Origin: Candidatus Iainarchaeum sp.
Lineage (GTDB): Archaea; Iainarchaeota; Iainarchaeia; Iainarchaeales; DTGL01
Assembly (NCBI GenBank): GCA_038736825.1
Contig: JAVYME010000029.1
Location: 1-14,124, forward strand
Length of the DNA: 14,124 nucleotides
Direction of reading: 5' to 3'
Below, piece after piece: positions 6,666 to 13,711 of this stretch. Position 1 is the first letter of the stretch. Each line of letters starts with the position of its first letter. Below the pieces are notes generated by a model that ran no database searches, was not told the DNA's origin, and saw only the letters and a program-made list of their open reading frames with translations. The position numbers were made by a program, and so were the translations under genes.

Positions 6666-7562
6666 TCAAATCTCGCATCCTGCTTCTTGGAGTTTTTTGA
6701 GTTTTGCCCATTCTTTGTCCACTTGTGCTTGGATTTCCTTTATTTGTTCTGGGGTTAAGTGCTTGAAGCGCCCTTGCGCTTTCAAGTATTCTTCAACCGG
6801 TTTTGGCTCTGTAATGTCATGCGTTATTGTGACTTTTCCGTTTTCTATTTCGTATAAGGGTGAAACCCTTGTTTGAAGAGCAAGCCTTGCCACTTCAATT
6901 GCCTTGGATGAATCACAATACCAGCCAGTCGGGCAAGAGGAAAAAATTTCAATATAGGTTGGCCCTTTTATTGCCATTGCTTTTTTGACTTTTCTGTGAA
7001 TGTCGTTGATGTCGCAAACGCTTGCGGTTGCCACATAGGGTGAATTGTGGGCTGCCAAAATTAATGCCAAGGGCTTTTTTTGCTCTCTTTTTCCAGGAAT
7101 TTTTTTGCCTGCCGGCATTGTGGTTGCAGCTGCTCCAAATGGGGTTGCAGAGCTTCTCTGAATTCCAGTGTTCATGTATGCTCCGTTTTCATTGCAAACA
7201 TAGAGAATGTTTTCGTTTCTTTCAAAAGTGCCGCTTATTCCGCCAAACCCTATGTCAAAGGTTGCTCCGTCTCCGCCAAAGGCAAGCACTTTTACGTCCT
7301 CGCGACCTTGGGCTTTTAAGGCTCTTGCAATGCCGCTTGCAGTTGGAGCGGCTGTTTCAAATGCCACGTGAATCCATGGAACCTTCCAAGCGGTTTCAGG
7401 ATAGGGCGATGAAACAACTTCCATGCAACCTGTTGCTTGCACCACTATCACGTTTTTTCCAGTTGCTTTTAGGACATGCCTTAAGGCGATTGCGCCACCG
7501 CATCCAGCGCAAGCCCTATGCCCTGGTGCAAAGAATTCTTCTTCAGGCAATCCCCTAATCAT
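6666..7562 (-). CDS. porB: 2-oxoacid (probably pyruvate):ferredoxin oxidoreductase beta subunit, which binds TPP.
   Basis: APGHRACAGCGGAIALRHV, LAFGGDGATFDIGFGGISG and NENGAYMNTGIQRSSATP are PorB/TPP-binding blocks. The ATG at 7562 forms an ATGA overlap with the porA stop codon, and AGGAG lies 10 nt upstream of it. The track's GTG 7571 is an alternative start. Confidence 0.9.
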   Translation of the reverse strand: MIRGLPEEEFFAPGHRACAGCGGAIALRHVLKATGKNVIVVQATGCMEVVSSPYPETAWKVPWIHVAFETAAPTASGIARALKAQGREDVKVLAFGGDGATFDIGFGGISGTFERNENILYVCNENGAYMNTGIQRSSATPFGAAATTMPAGKKIPGKREQKKPLALILAAHNSPYVATASVCDINDIHRKVKKAMAIKGPTYIEIFSSCPTGWYCDSSKAIEVARLALQTRVSPLYEIENGKVTITHDITEPKPVEEYLKAQGRFKHLTPEQIKEIQAQVDKEWAKLKKLQEAGCEI

Positions 7563-8698
7563 AAAAGCCACTCTCCTTGCTTGCTTTTTGCGGTAAGAAG
7601 GGCTTTTTTCAGTTTTTCAACAGTAATGTCTCTGCCGCCCAGTCCTGCAATAAAGCCATTGATTTCAATTCCAGAACCATACAATGCAGAGCGAATGTCT
7701 GTAAAGAGTGGGCCTTCAAAGCCCATTGAAATATGCCTGTCTATCACGCTTAACCCTTTCAAGTTTTTTGTTGCTTTTTGCAATTCTTTTACTGGAAACG
7801 GCCTTAGAGAGCGCAATTTTATCATTCCCACTTTTTTGCCTTTTGCCCTTAACTCGTCAACTGCAATCCTGGCAGTGCCGCACAAAGTGCCCATTCCGAT
7901 TATTGCTCTTTCCGCATCCTTCATTTTGTATTCTTCAATCAAACCGTTTCCATAAGAGCGCCCGAATTTTTTTGCAAATTCTTTGTGCACTTTTTGGATT
8001 ACTGGAAGAGAGCCCATTATTGCTTCTTGTTGTTGTTTTTTGAATTCCATGTAAGAGTTTGGAAAGGCAATTGGGCCAATTGAAACCGGTTTTTCTGGGT
8101 CTAGTTTTGCAAAGGGCTTGAATTCTGGCAAGAATTTGTCAACTTCTCCTTGTTCTGGCACAATTGCTCTTTCGCACACATGGCTTAAAGTGAAACCGTC
8201 AATGCAAACCATTCCAGGCAATAAAACTTTGCGGTCTTCGCATACCTTGTATAACTGGATTGTGGTGTCTATTGCTTCTTGAGTGGACTCGCAATAGATT
8301 TGAATCCAGCCCTGGTCTCTTGCGGAAACAGCGTCAGAGTGGTCGTTCCAAATGTTTATTGGAGCGCTTAAAGCCCTGTTTGCAACAGCCATTACTCCTG
8401 GCAGCCTGTTTCCAGCCATTATTGGAAGCAATTCAAACATTAGTGCAAGCCCTTGAGATGCGGTTGCAGTGTAGGTTCTCACTCCTGCGGCTGCTGCTCC
8501 AATCATTGCAGCCATTGCAGAGTGCTCTGATTCTGCGTGCACCATTTCTGCGTCCAGTTCGCCGTTGCTTATGAAGTCTGCAAGCCTTTCCACTATATGG
8601 GTTTGGGGCGTTATCGGGTACATTGAAATCACTTTTGGCCTGCAAAGCTTTGCTCCCAATGCTAGTGCCATGCTTGCTTCTACAACCATTTCAGCCAT
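7559..8698 (-). CDS. porA: 2-oxoacid (probably pyruvate):ferredoxin oxidoreductase alpha subunit.
   Basis: SMYPITPQTHIVERL, HAESEHSAMAAMIGAAAAGVRTYTATASQGLALM and the C-terminal subunit domain are typical of PorA. GAGGGG lies 5 nt upstream of the ATG. Substrate specificity (POR versus VOR) cannot be decided by eye. Confidence 0.9.
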   Translation of the reverse strand: MAEMVVEASMALALGAKLCRPKVISMYPITPQTHIVERLADFISNGELDAEMVHAESEHSAMAAMIGAAAAGVRTYTATASQGLALMFELLPIMAGNRLPGVMAVANRALSAPINIWNDHSDAVSARDQGWIQIYCESTQEAIDTTIQLYKVCEDRKVLLPGMVCIDGFTLSHVCERAIVPEQGEVDKFLPEFKPFAKLDPEKPVSIGPIAFPNSYMEFKKQQQEAIMGSLPVIQKVHKEFAKKFGRSYGNGLIEEYKMKDAERAIIGMGTLCGTARIAVDELRAKGKKVGMIKLRSLRPFPVKELQKATKNLKGLSVIDRHISMGFEGPLFTDIRSALYGSGIEINGFIAGLGGRDITVEKLKKALLTAKSKQGEWLL

Positions 8699-8707
8699 TA
8701 AAACCCC

Positions 8708-9022
8708 TCATTTCATGACTTTTTTCATCCATTTAGCGTAATCCTGGTTTAATTGTTCTGCATCTATTGCCTTAATGCATGGTGTTTCATAAGAATGCAT
8801 TTCTTTCACTGTTTTGGTTATTTTTGCCAGTTTTTCCTTTTCTGTTTTGCAAAGCAATAATGCCTCGTTTATTTCCTCTGTTTTGCCTTCATTCAAGTAC
8901 ATGCTTGAAATGTTTGGCACTATGTTTATGCAAGCGCATAGTTTTTTTTCAACCAATTCCAGTCCAATCCTTCTTGCTTCCCCAAAATTTGGCATGGTAA
9001 TGTAAACAATTTTTGCCTTCAT
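8708..9022 (-). CDS. cutA: CutA1 divalent-cation tolerance protein homolog (PII-like fold), located inside the por operon.
   Basis: MKAKIVYITMPNFGEARRIGLELVEKKLCACINIVPNISSMYLNEGK...HSYETPCIKAIDAEQLNQDYAKWM aligns block for block with E. coli CutA ([20 protein letters not shown]...HPYQTPELLVLPV...YLSWL). The ATG at 9022 overlaps the porD TGA as ATGA. The upstream 23 codons in the track ORF overlap porD. Confidence 0.85.
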   Translation of the reverse strand: MKAKIVYITMPNFGEARRIGLELVEKKLCACINIVPNISSMYLNEGKTEEINEALLLCKTEKEKLAKITKTVKEMHSYETPCIKAIDAEQLNQDYAKWMKKVMK

Positions 9023-9315
9023 TTCTTTTCCAGCTCCATAATGATTGCCTTTACAGGGCACTCGTTTGCACAGATTCCGCACCCCTTGCAATAATCATAG
9101 TTTATAACGAATTCGCCTTTTTCGTTTTTTGAAATGCAGGCTTCAGGGCAGTAAGCCCAGCACTGCCCGCACTTTATGCATTTTGCAATTTCTATTTTTG
9201 GCTTCATGGAGCGCCATCCGCCGGTTTTGTTTTTTGCAGTTGAGCCCGGTTCATAAATCACTGCCCCCAAATTAAAGGACAGTTTTCCACCGCATTTTTT
9301 TTCATTTTTTTTCAT
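9019..9315 (-). CDS. porD: 2-oxoacid:ferredoxin oxidoreductase delta subunit (2x[4Fe-4S] ferredoxin-like).
   Basis: There are two CxxCxxCxxxCP clusters: CIKCGQCWAYCPEACI and CKGCGICANECPVKAI. The ATG directly abuts the porG TGA (TGAATG), and GGGTG lies 5 nt upstream. Confidence 0.9.
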   Translation of the reverse strand: MKKNEKKCGGKLSFNLGAVIYEPGSTAKNKTGGWRSMKPKIEIAKCIKCGQCWAYCPEACISKNEKGEFVINYDYCKGCGICANECPVKAIIMELEKK

Positions 9316-9870
9316 TCAAGCACCCTTTGCAATATTGAAAAGTTTTTCAGCGGTTTTTTTGTTCAATTCGCCGACTTTTGGCTTTTCTGCAAATTCTTGG
9401 TCTATTGCCTTGTAAATCGAGTTGAGAGTGATTTCCCCGGTTATTGCAGCAAAAGCGCCCAGTGCTGCAACGTTCACAAAAGGCTTGCCAATTATTTCAA
9501 GTGCAACCCTTGTAATGTCAATTGTTTTGATTTTTGCCTTTGTGTTCAATTTGAATTCTTCAGGTTTTCTGTCAGAATTTATGATTAGAATGCCATTCTT
9601 TTTCAACCCTTTTGTGACATCCACGCATTCTATCAAGGTTGGATCTAAAACCAAAACATAGTCTGGCTCGTACACGTGCTGCCTCACCAGTATTGGCTTG
9701 TCTGAAATGCGAGTGAAGGCTTCAACTGGAGCGCCCCTTCGCTCCACTCCAAAGCTTGGAAACGCTTGACAGTATTTTCCGTCAAAAAAGGCAGTTATTG
9801 CCAGAATTTGAGAACTGGTAACCGCGCCTTGGCCTCCGCGGCCGTGAATGCGAATCTCTTTTAGTGTCAT
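9316..9870 (-). CDS. porG: 2-oxoacid:ferredoxin oxidoreductase gamma subunit.
   Basis: MTLKEIRIHGRGGQGAVTSSQILA...FPSFGVERRGAPVEAFTRISDKPI is the canonical gamma-subunit N-terminus. I use ATG 9870, because the track's upstream 18 codons would consume the shared promoter. Confidence 0.9.
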   Translation of the reverse strand: MTLKEIRIHGRGGQGAVTSSQILAITAFFDGKYCQAFPSFGVERRGAPVEAFTRISDKPILVRQHVYEPDYVLVLDPTLIECVDVTKGLKKNGILIINSDRKPEEFKLNTKAKIKTIDITRVALEIIGKPFVNVAALGAFAAITGEITLNSIYKAIDQEFAEKPKVGELNKKTAEKLFNIAKGA

Positions 9871-9894
9871 AAGGAAAGAATAGGGATTACAAAA

Positions 9895-9908
9895 GAATTT
9901 AAATATTT
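9895..9908. promoter_or_regulatory. Shared A/T box (GAATTTAAATATTT) in the 56-bp divergent porG/acyP spacer. This is a candidate bidirectional TATA element.
   Basis: It is the only A/T-rich block in the spacer. Its centre is about 26 nt from the acyP ATG (9927) and about 31 nt from the porG ATG (9870). Neither gene has a clear Shine-Dalgarno sequence, which suggests (near-)leaderless transcripts. Confidence 0.5.
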
Positions 9909-9926
9909 GTTTCAAAGGCTTCAATC

Positions 9927-10202
9927 ATGCAAAAGCGCCTTCACGTGCTTGTTTTCGGTTTAGTCCAAGGTGTTTTTTTTCGCGCTCACGCAAAAGCGTG
10001 GGCGGAAGAGCTTGGCTTAAAGGGTTGGGTGAAAAACCTGTCTGACGGGCGCGTTGAAGCCCTAGCTGAAGGAGAGGAAAAAGCGCTCTTGGAATGGCTT
10101 GAATTGCTGAAAAAGGGACCGCGGGCTGCACGGGTTGAAAAAGTGGAGGTTGAATGGGGCAAGGCGAAAGGCGAATTCTCTGTTTTTGAAGTGCGTTATT
10201 AG
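9927..10202 (+). CDS. acyP: Acylphosphatase.
   Basis: LHVLVFGLVQGVFFRAHAKAWAEELGLKGWVKNLSDGRVEALAEG contains the V.G.VQGV.FR phosphate-binding signature and the GWV.N..DG.VE block. The length of 91 aa is typical. Confidence 0.9.
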   Translation: MQKRLHVLVFGLVQGVFFRAHAKAWAEELGLKGWVKNLSDGRVEALAEGEEKALLEWLELLKKGPRAARVEKVEVEWGKAKGEFSVFEVRY

Positions 10203-10660
10203 TTGGGCAGGACTTTGAGGACAATGCTTTCTTCAAAGTATTGACCGTTTATTTTGGCTAAAACCTTTATGCCGTATTCTCCTTCTTTTATTCCGTCTTT
10301 GGGCCAAACCAAAAAGTTCACTTTTCTGTTGAGGCCGTTTTCTATGAGCGAGATTGTTTCAGTGTCGCTTGAGGAGGTGCCAATTATTATTGACTGGTTG
10401 TCTTCTGCCTCTGCTTTCACTATTACATTTGATGCTTTGGCGCCTGTTGTGTTTGTTATTGTTGCGTTGAGGACAGTGAACCTTTTTTCTTTTAAGCGCA
10501 AGGGATTGTCGTGCAATGAGAGGGCGATTGGTTTTGGTTGGAATGCAATGAATAAAACCATTAAGGCTAAAACAATCAATGCAAAAACCAGCACTAAAAA
10601 GAAGGCTTTCTTTTTTGCTTTTGAGAGTTCTAATCCAAAGCCTTCTTCGTACAAGCCCAT
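10199..10660 (-). CDS. Type II membrane-anchored protein with an extracellular beta-sandwich (CARDB/Ig-like) domain. Function is unknown.
   Basis: It has a single transmembrane helix, AFFLVLVFALIVLALMVLFIAF, after a short charged N-terminus. The rest has a beta-strand-like alternating pattern (FTVLNATITNTTGAKASNVIVKAEAEDN...) with NAT and NTT sequons. The ATG at 10660 has GGTG 5 nt upstream. The track's TTG 10675 is less likely. Confidence 0.6.
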   Translation of the reverse strand: MGLYEEGFGLELSKAKKKAFFLVLVFALIVLALMVLFIAFQPKPIALSLHDNPLRLKEKRFTVLNATITNTTGAKASNVIVKAEAEDNQSIIIGTSSSDTETISLIENGLNRKVNFLVWPKDGIKEGEYGIKVLAKINGQYFEESIVLKVLPN

Positions 10661-10712
10661 TTTAACACCAACCAATATTATAAGGTAACTCGCTTTTTTT
10701 AATGGTTTGCCT

Positions 10713-11006
10713 TTATTTGGGTTGGGTGAACAAGCGGTTGCCTTCTCCTTTCAGGATTCTTGCCCTTATTCCTGCATCAATCCAAGCGTGAGCATAGGAA
10801 TAGGATGCAAGTGCTGTCAGCAAGTCCCCTTTTTTTTCATAGTATTTGCCGTCACTTAAATAGTTTTTTGCCATTTCAAGGAAATCTATTGCGTTTTCAA
10901 AGTCTTTGGAGTTTTTTTCAGCGGAAACCATTGCAAGGGACAGTGCTTTTTCTGTGAGCAAGCGGTATTTTTCGGTTTTCTTTTGCAATTCTTTTTCTAG
11001 GCTCAT
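10713..11006 (-). CDS. DUF357-like small helical protein (archaeal, function unknown).
   Basis: The 97-aa protein has the block AKNYLSDGKYYEKKGDLLTALASYSYAHAWIDAGIRARIL. From memory this resembles the DUF357/COG1849 signature (..Y..D...f...gD...Al...sYa.GwlDag). Its ATG overlaps the dph5 TGA as ATGA, and GAGGA lies 6 nt upstream. Confidence 0.6.
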   Translation of the reverse strand: MSLEKELQKKTEKYRLLTEKALSLAMVSAEKNSKDFENAIDFLEMAKNYLSDGKYYEKKGDLLTALASYSYAHAWIDAGIRARILKGEGNRLFTQPK

Positions 11007-11752
11007 TTTATTTCCTCTGCGAGTGCTTTCAATGCTTCTAATTCCTTTTCAGAGAGTTTGGCGCAAACTATGAGTGCTGCTGGGAGCGGGAATTCTTTTT
11101 CTTTTAAGGTTTTTGCTTTTCCGAATGCGATTTTTTCTTTTGAAGAGCCCATTGCCGCCATTACCACAATTGTTGTTTTTCCTATAATTGTTTTTTTTCT
11201 TTTCTTTTCTATTGCAAGCAATAATTCTAGGGCTTCTCTTGGATTCATTTTTTTTTCTGGGGTTATGTCTAAAAGGCAGAGCGAGTGCAATCCATTGCTG
11301 GAATTGGAGAGGATTGAATCGTAAAAGGATTCAGGGCAATAGTTTGGCTGGCGGAATACAATGCTGGTTGTCTTGCCAAAACGGTAGGCATTCAATCCTG
11401 TTTTTCCAATAAAGTCTTGGATTGAAATGCCGGGAATTGTCTTGAATTCAATGCCTTTCTCTTTTGCATCTAAAAGGATTTGCACGTGAGTGGTTGCAAA
11501 AAACGGGTTGCCTATTGCAAGCAATGCAATGTTTTTGTTTTTTGCTTTTTCAAAATCAAAGTTTTCCTCAACTTTTTTTCTGTCCAATTCGGTTATTTTT
11601 TTTCCGCAAAGCGTTTCAATTTCCTTTATTGAGCCTTCAGGGAAATCACTGGTGTATTTTTCAAAAAATATTTCCTGGCATTCTTTTAAGGCTTCAATTG
11701 CTTCAATTGAGAGGTGTTCCGGCTTCAAACCAACCCCGATTATGTATAACAT
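11003..11752 (-). CDS. dph5: Diphthine synthase (diphthamide biosynthesis SAM-dependent methyltransferase).
   Basis: MLYIIGVGLKPEHLSIEAIEALKECQEIFFEKYTS, AIGNPFFATTHVQILLDAKEKGIEFKTIPGISI and LHSLCLLDI are the tetrapyrrole-methylase-fold Dph5 blocks. GGTG lies 4-5 nt upstream of the ATG. Confidence 0.9.
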   Translation of the reverse strand: MLYIIGVGLKPEHLSIEAIEALKECQEIFFEKYTSDFPEGSIKEIETLCGKKITELDRKKVEENFDFEKAKNKNIALLAIGNPFFATTHVQILLDAKEKGIEFKTIPGISIQDFIGKTGLNAYRFGKTTSIVFRQPNYCPESFYDSILSNSSNGLHSLCLLDITPEKKMNPREALELLLAIEKKRKKTIIGKTTIVVMAAMGSSKEKIAFGKAKTLKEKEFPLPAALIVCAKLSEKELEALKALAEEIK

Positions 11753-11753
11753 T

Positions 11754-12596
11754 TCACACCAGCCCTATTTTGAGAATGCTTGCAATTCCGGTTGCAAAAC
11801 CCATTATTATGAGAAAGGTTTTAATGAACCCCTTGAGGTTTTCGTTTTTTATTTCTGTATCAGTGTAATAAACGATTGCTAGCACTAAAAATATTTTGAG
11901 CAAGAGAAACAGGACAGGGCTTATGTTTATCACCGCTTCAGAGAGCGGATGCTGTTCCTTAAAACCGTAAAAAAATATTGCAAAGCCAGTGGCAGTGCCG
12001 TCAATAACCTGCCCTGAAACCGCGAGAAGGTTTTGAGTTGAAGCGATTTTTTTGAAAAATTTTATTTTTTTCAAAACAAAAGCGATTGCAAGAGAAACCA
12101 CAATGACTGCAATTATGACTGCAAAAAAACCCAGCCAGTTTGAAAAATGCAGGAACTGGAACAAAAGCAATGGAAACGAAAAACACAAGCCTATTTTGAG
12201 GAAAGCGCTTTCAAAAGAAAAAGCCTTTTTCCTTTCAAGCCAGCGCGCAAAAAACAATCCAAAAATTGCAATGAAAAAAGTCAAAAACCACACTCCAGGC
12301 GTGAAAGTCCAAAACCCAAACTCTAAGGGATTCAATGTTTCTCTCACGCCAGGCAAAAGCCCTGAAGAAGTGATTGCCCTCAAAGAAGTGCCTATGAGAA
12401 TATAGGGAATCAAGGCAATGCAAAACCTTGCATTGAATTTCACTTCCCTTTTGTTCAAAAAAGGAAAAATCACAAAAAAAGAAAGCACTAAAAGGATTGC
12501 GCCATAAACCGCAGTGTTCACCAAATTATAGCCTTGCGTGCCAGGCACATAAACAGGCTTTGCAAAATACTCGTAAAAAAACCAATTCAAATCCAT
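11754..12596 (-). CDS. DUF63-like polytopic membrane protein (archaeal, function unknown).
   Basis: The 280-aa protein has about 7 hydrophobic segments. The N-terminal block is FAKPVYVPGTQGYNLVNTAVYGAILLV, and a later block is SGQVIDGTATGFAIFFYGFKEQHPLSE. Both resemble DUF63 (PF01889) as I recall it. Its stop codon is 1 nt from the dph5 ATG. Confidence 0.6.
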   Translation of the reverse strand: MDLNWFFYEYFAKPVYVPGTQGYNLVNTAVYGAILLVLSFFVIFPFLNKREVKFNARFCIALIPYILIGTSLRAITSSGLLPGVRETLNPLEFGFWTFTPGVWFLTFFIAIFGLFFARWLERKKAFSFESAFLKIGLCFSFPLLLFQFLHFSNWLGFFAVIIAVIVVSLAIAFVLKKIKFFKKIASTQNLLAVSGQVIDGTATGFAIFFYGFKEQHPLSEAVINISPVLFLLLKIFLVLAIVYYTDTEIKNENLKGFIKTFLIIMGFATGIASILKIGLV

Positions 12597-12600
12597 AAAT

Positions 12601-12629
12601 AGAATTTAAACTGTTAACCATTTTAATAT
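12601..12629. promoter_or_regulatory. Two interleaved TATA-like boxes (AGAATTTAAA at 12601-12610 and TTTTAATAT at 12621-12629) in the 38-bp divergent DUF63/trm5 spacer.
   Basis: The box nearer DUF63 is about 29 nt from the trm5 ATG (12635). The box nearer trm5 is about 29 nt from the DUF63 ATG (12596). Neither gene has a Shine-Dalgarno sequence, which is consistent with two criss-crossed leaderless promoters. Confidence 0.45.
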
Positions 12630-12634
12630 GCTTT

Positions 12635-13702
12635 ATGCCAAGCGGCTTATCTGTGCCAAAAACCAAAGCGGAAACAACAAGGCTTTTTTTGCTTGAAGAA
12701 CGCTTGCTTGACACTTCAAAAGAACTCAAAAAAACAAGCACAGAAATAATATTTCCCTTACTCAAACAAATCTCAAAAAACCAAGAAAAAGCCTTAAATG
12801 CAAAAAAAATCGAATTCAAAAAAGTAAAAGCACGCTTTGCCTTAAAAAAAGGAAAACCGCGTTCTTTAGAGGAAGCATTGAAAGGAGAACTCTCAAAAAA
12901 AGAACTATCCGAACTCATAACCTCTTTTGACATAATCGGCAAAATCGCATTAATCCTAATTCCAGACAAACTGTTGCCAAAAGAAAAAACAATAGCAAAA
13001 GCACTCCTTGAAGCAAACCCTCAAGTGAAAACCGTGGCAAGAATTTTAGGAGGGCATGAAGGCGAGTTCAGGATAAGGCCAGTGAAAATCATTGCAGGAG
13101 AAAACAAAACCGAAACATTACACTCTGAATGGGGTTGCAGGTACAAGGTTGCAGTGGGAAAGGTTTTCTTTTCCCCGCGCTTAAGCCATGAAAGGCAGAG
13201 AATCACTGGACTAATAAAAAAAGGCGAAAGCATTGCAGTATTCTTTGCAGGCGTTGGGCCTTTCGCGATTGCTTTTGCAAAGCATTCAATGGCTGGAAAA
13301 GTTTTTGCAATTGAATTGAATCCTGATGCATTCCGGCTTTTAAAAGAAAACATTGCCCTCAACAAGGTTGAAGGCAGAGTGGAGGCATTTGAAGGCGATG
13401 TCAAAAGCGTGGTTCCTGAAAAAATTGCCGGCAAATGCGATAGAGTGGTAATGCCTTTGCCGCGCGGCGGAGAAAACTTTTTGGATGTAGCGTTTATGGC
13501 TTTAAAGCCAGAGGGCGGAACCATTCACTTTTACCAGTTTGTGGAAAAAAGCGAGCTTTTCAGTTTACCTCTTGAATCTCTCAAGGAAGCTGCAAAAAAA
13601 GCGAAAAGAAAAATAAAAATTCAAAACAAGAAAGTGGTGCGCTCTTTTTCTCCCACAAAAGTGCAAGTGGTGGTGGACTGCCTTGTTTTTTCTAGTGCTT
13701 GA
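12635..13702 (+). CDS. trm5: tRNA (guanine37-N1)-methyltransferase, Trm5/Met-10+ family (Trm5b-like with a D1 domain; Taw2/TYW2-type is not excluded).
   Basis: FDIIGKIALILIP, FRIRPVKIIAGENKTETLHSEWGCRYKVAVGKVFFSPRLSHER, the SAM motif VFFAGVGPFAIAFAK, and VMPLP are Met-10+ family blocks. The N-terminal LSVPKTKAETTRLFLLEERLLD resembles the Trm5b D1 domain. Confidence 0.85.
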   Translation: MPSGLSVPKTKAETTRLFLLEERLLDTSKELKKTSTEIIFPLLKQISKNQEKALNAKKIEFKKVKARFALKKGKPRSLEEALKGELSKKELSELITSFDIIGKIALILIPDKLLPKEKTIAKALLEANPQVKTVARILGGHEGEFRIRPVKIIAGENKTETLHSEWGCRYKVAVGKVFFSPRLSHERQRITGLIKKGESIAVFFAGVGPFAIAFAKHSMAGKVFAIELNPDAFRLLKENIALNKVEGRVEAFEGDVKSVVPEKIAGKCDRVVMPLPRGGENFLDVAFMALKPEGGTIHFYQFVEKSELFSLPLESLKEAAKKAKRKIKIQNKKVVRSFSPTKVQVVVDCLVFSSA

Positions 13703-13711
13703 TTTTGGCTT

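Noticed and set aside
7022-8574. + strand ORFs antisense to porA and porB (7022..7558, 7080..7319, 7518..7955, 7708..8043, 8260..8574).
   Set aside because: They are L/Q/R/F-rich shadows of strongly supported minus-strand por genes.
9925-10236. A 103-aa minus-strand ORF antisense to acyP.
   Set aside because: It is P/Q/L-rich and has no signals. The + strand carries the canonical acylphosphatase signature.
12526-12969. A 147-aa minus-strand ORF spanning the DUF63 start and the trm5 N-terminus.
   Set aside because: It crosses the divergent promoter and is antisense to the conserved Trm5 D1 region. It has shadow-ORF composition.
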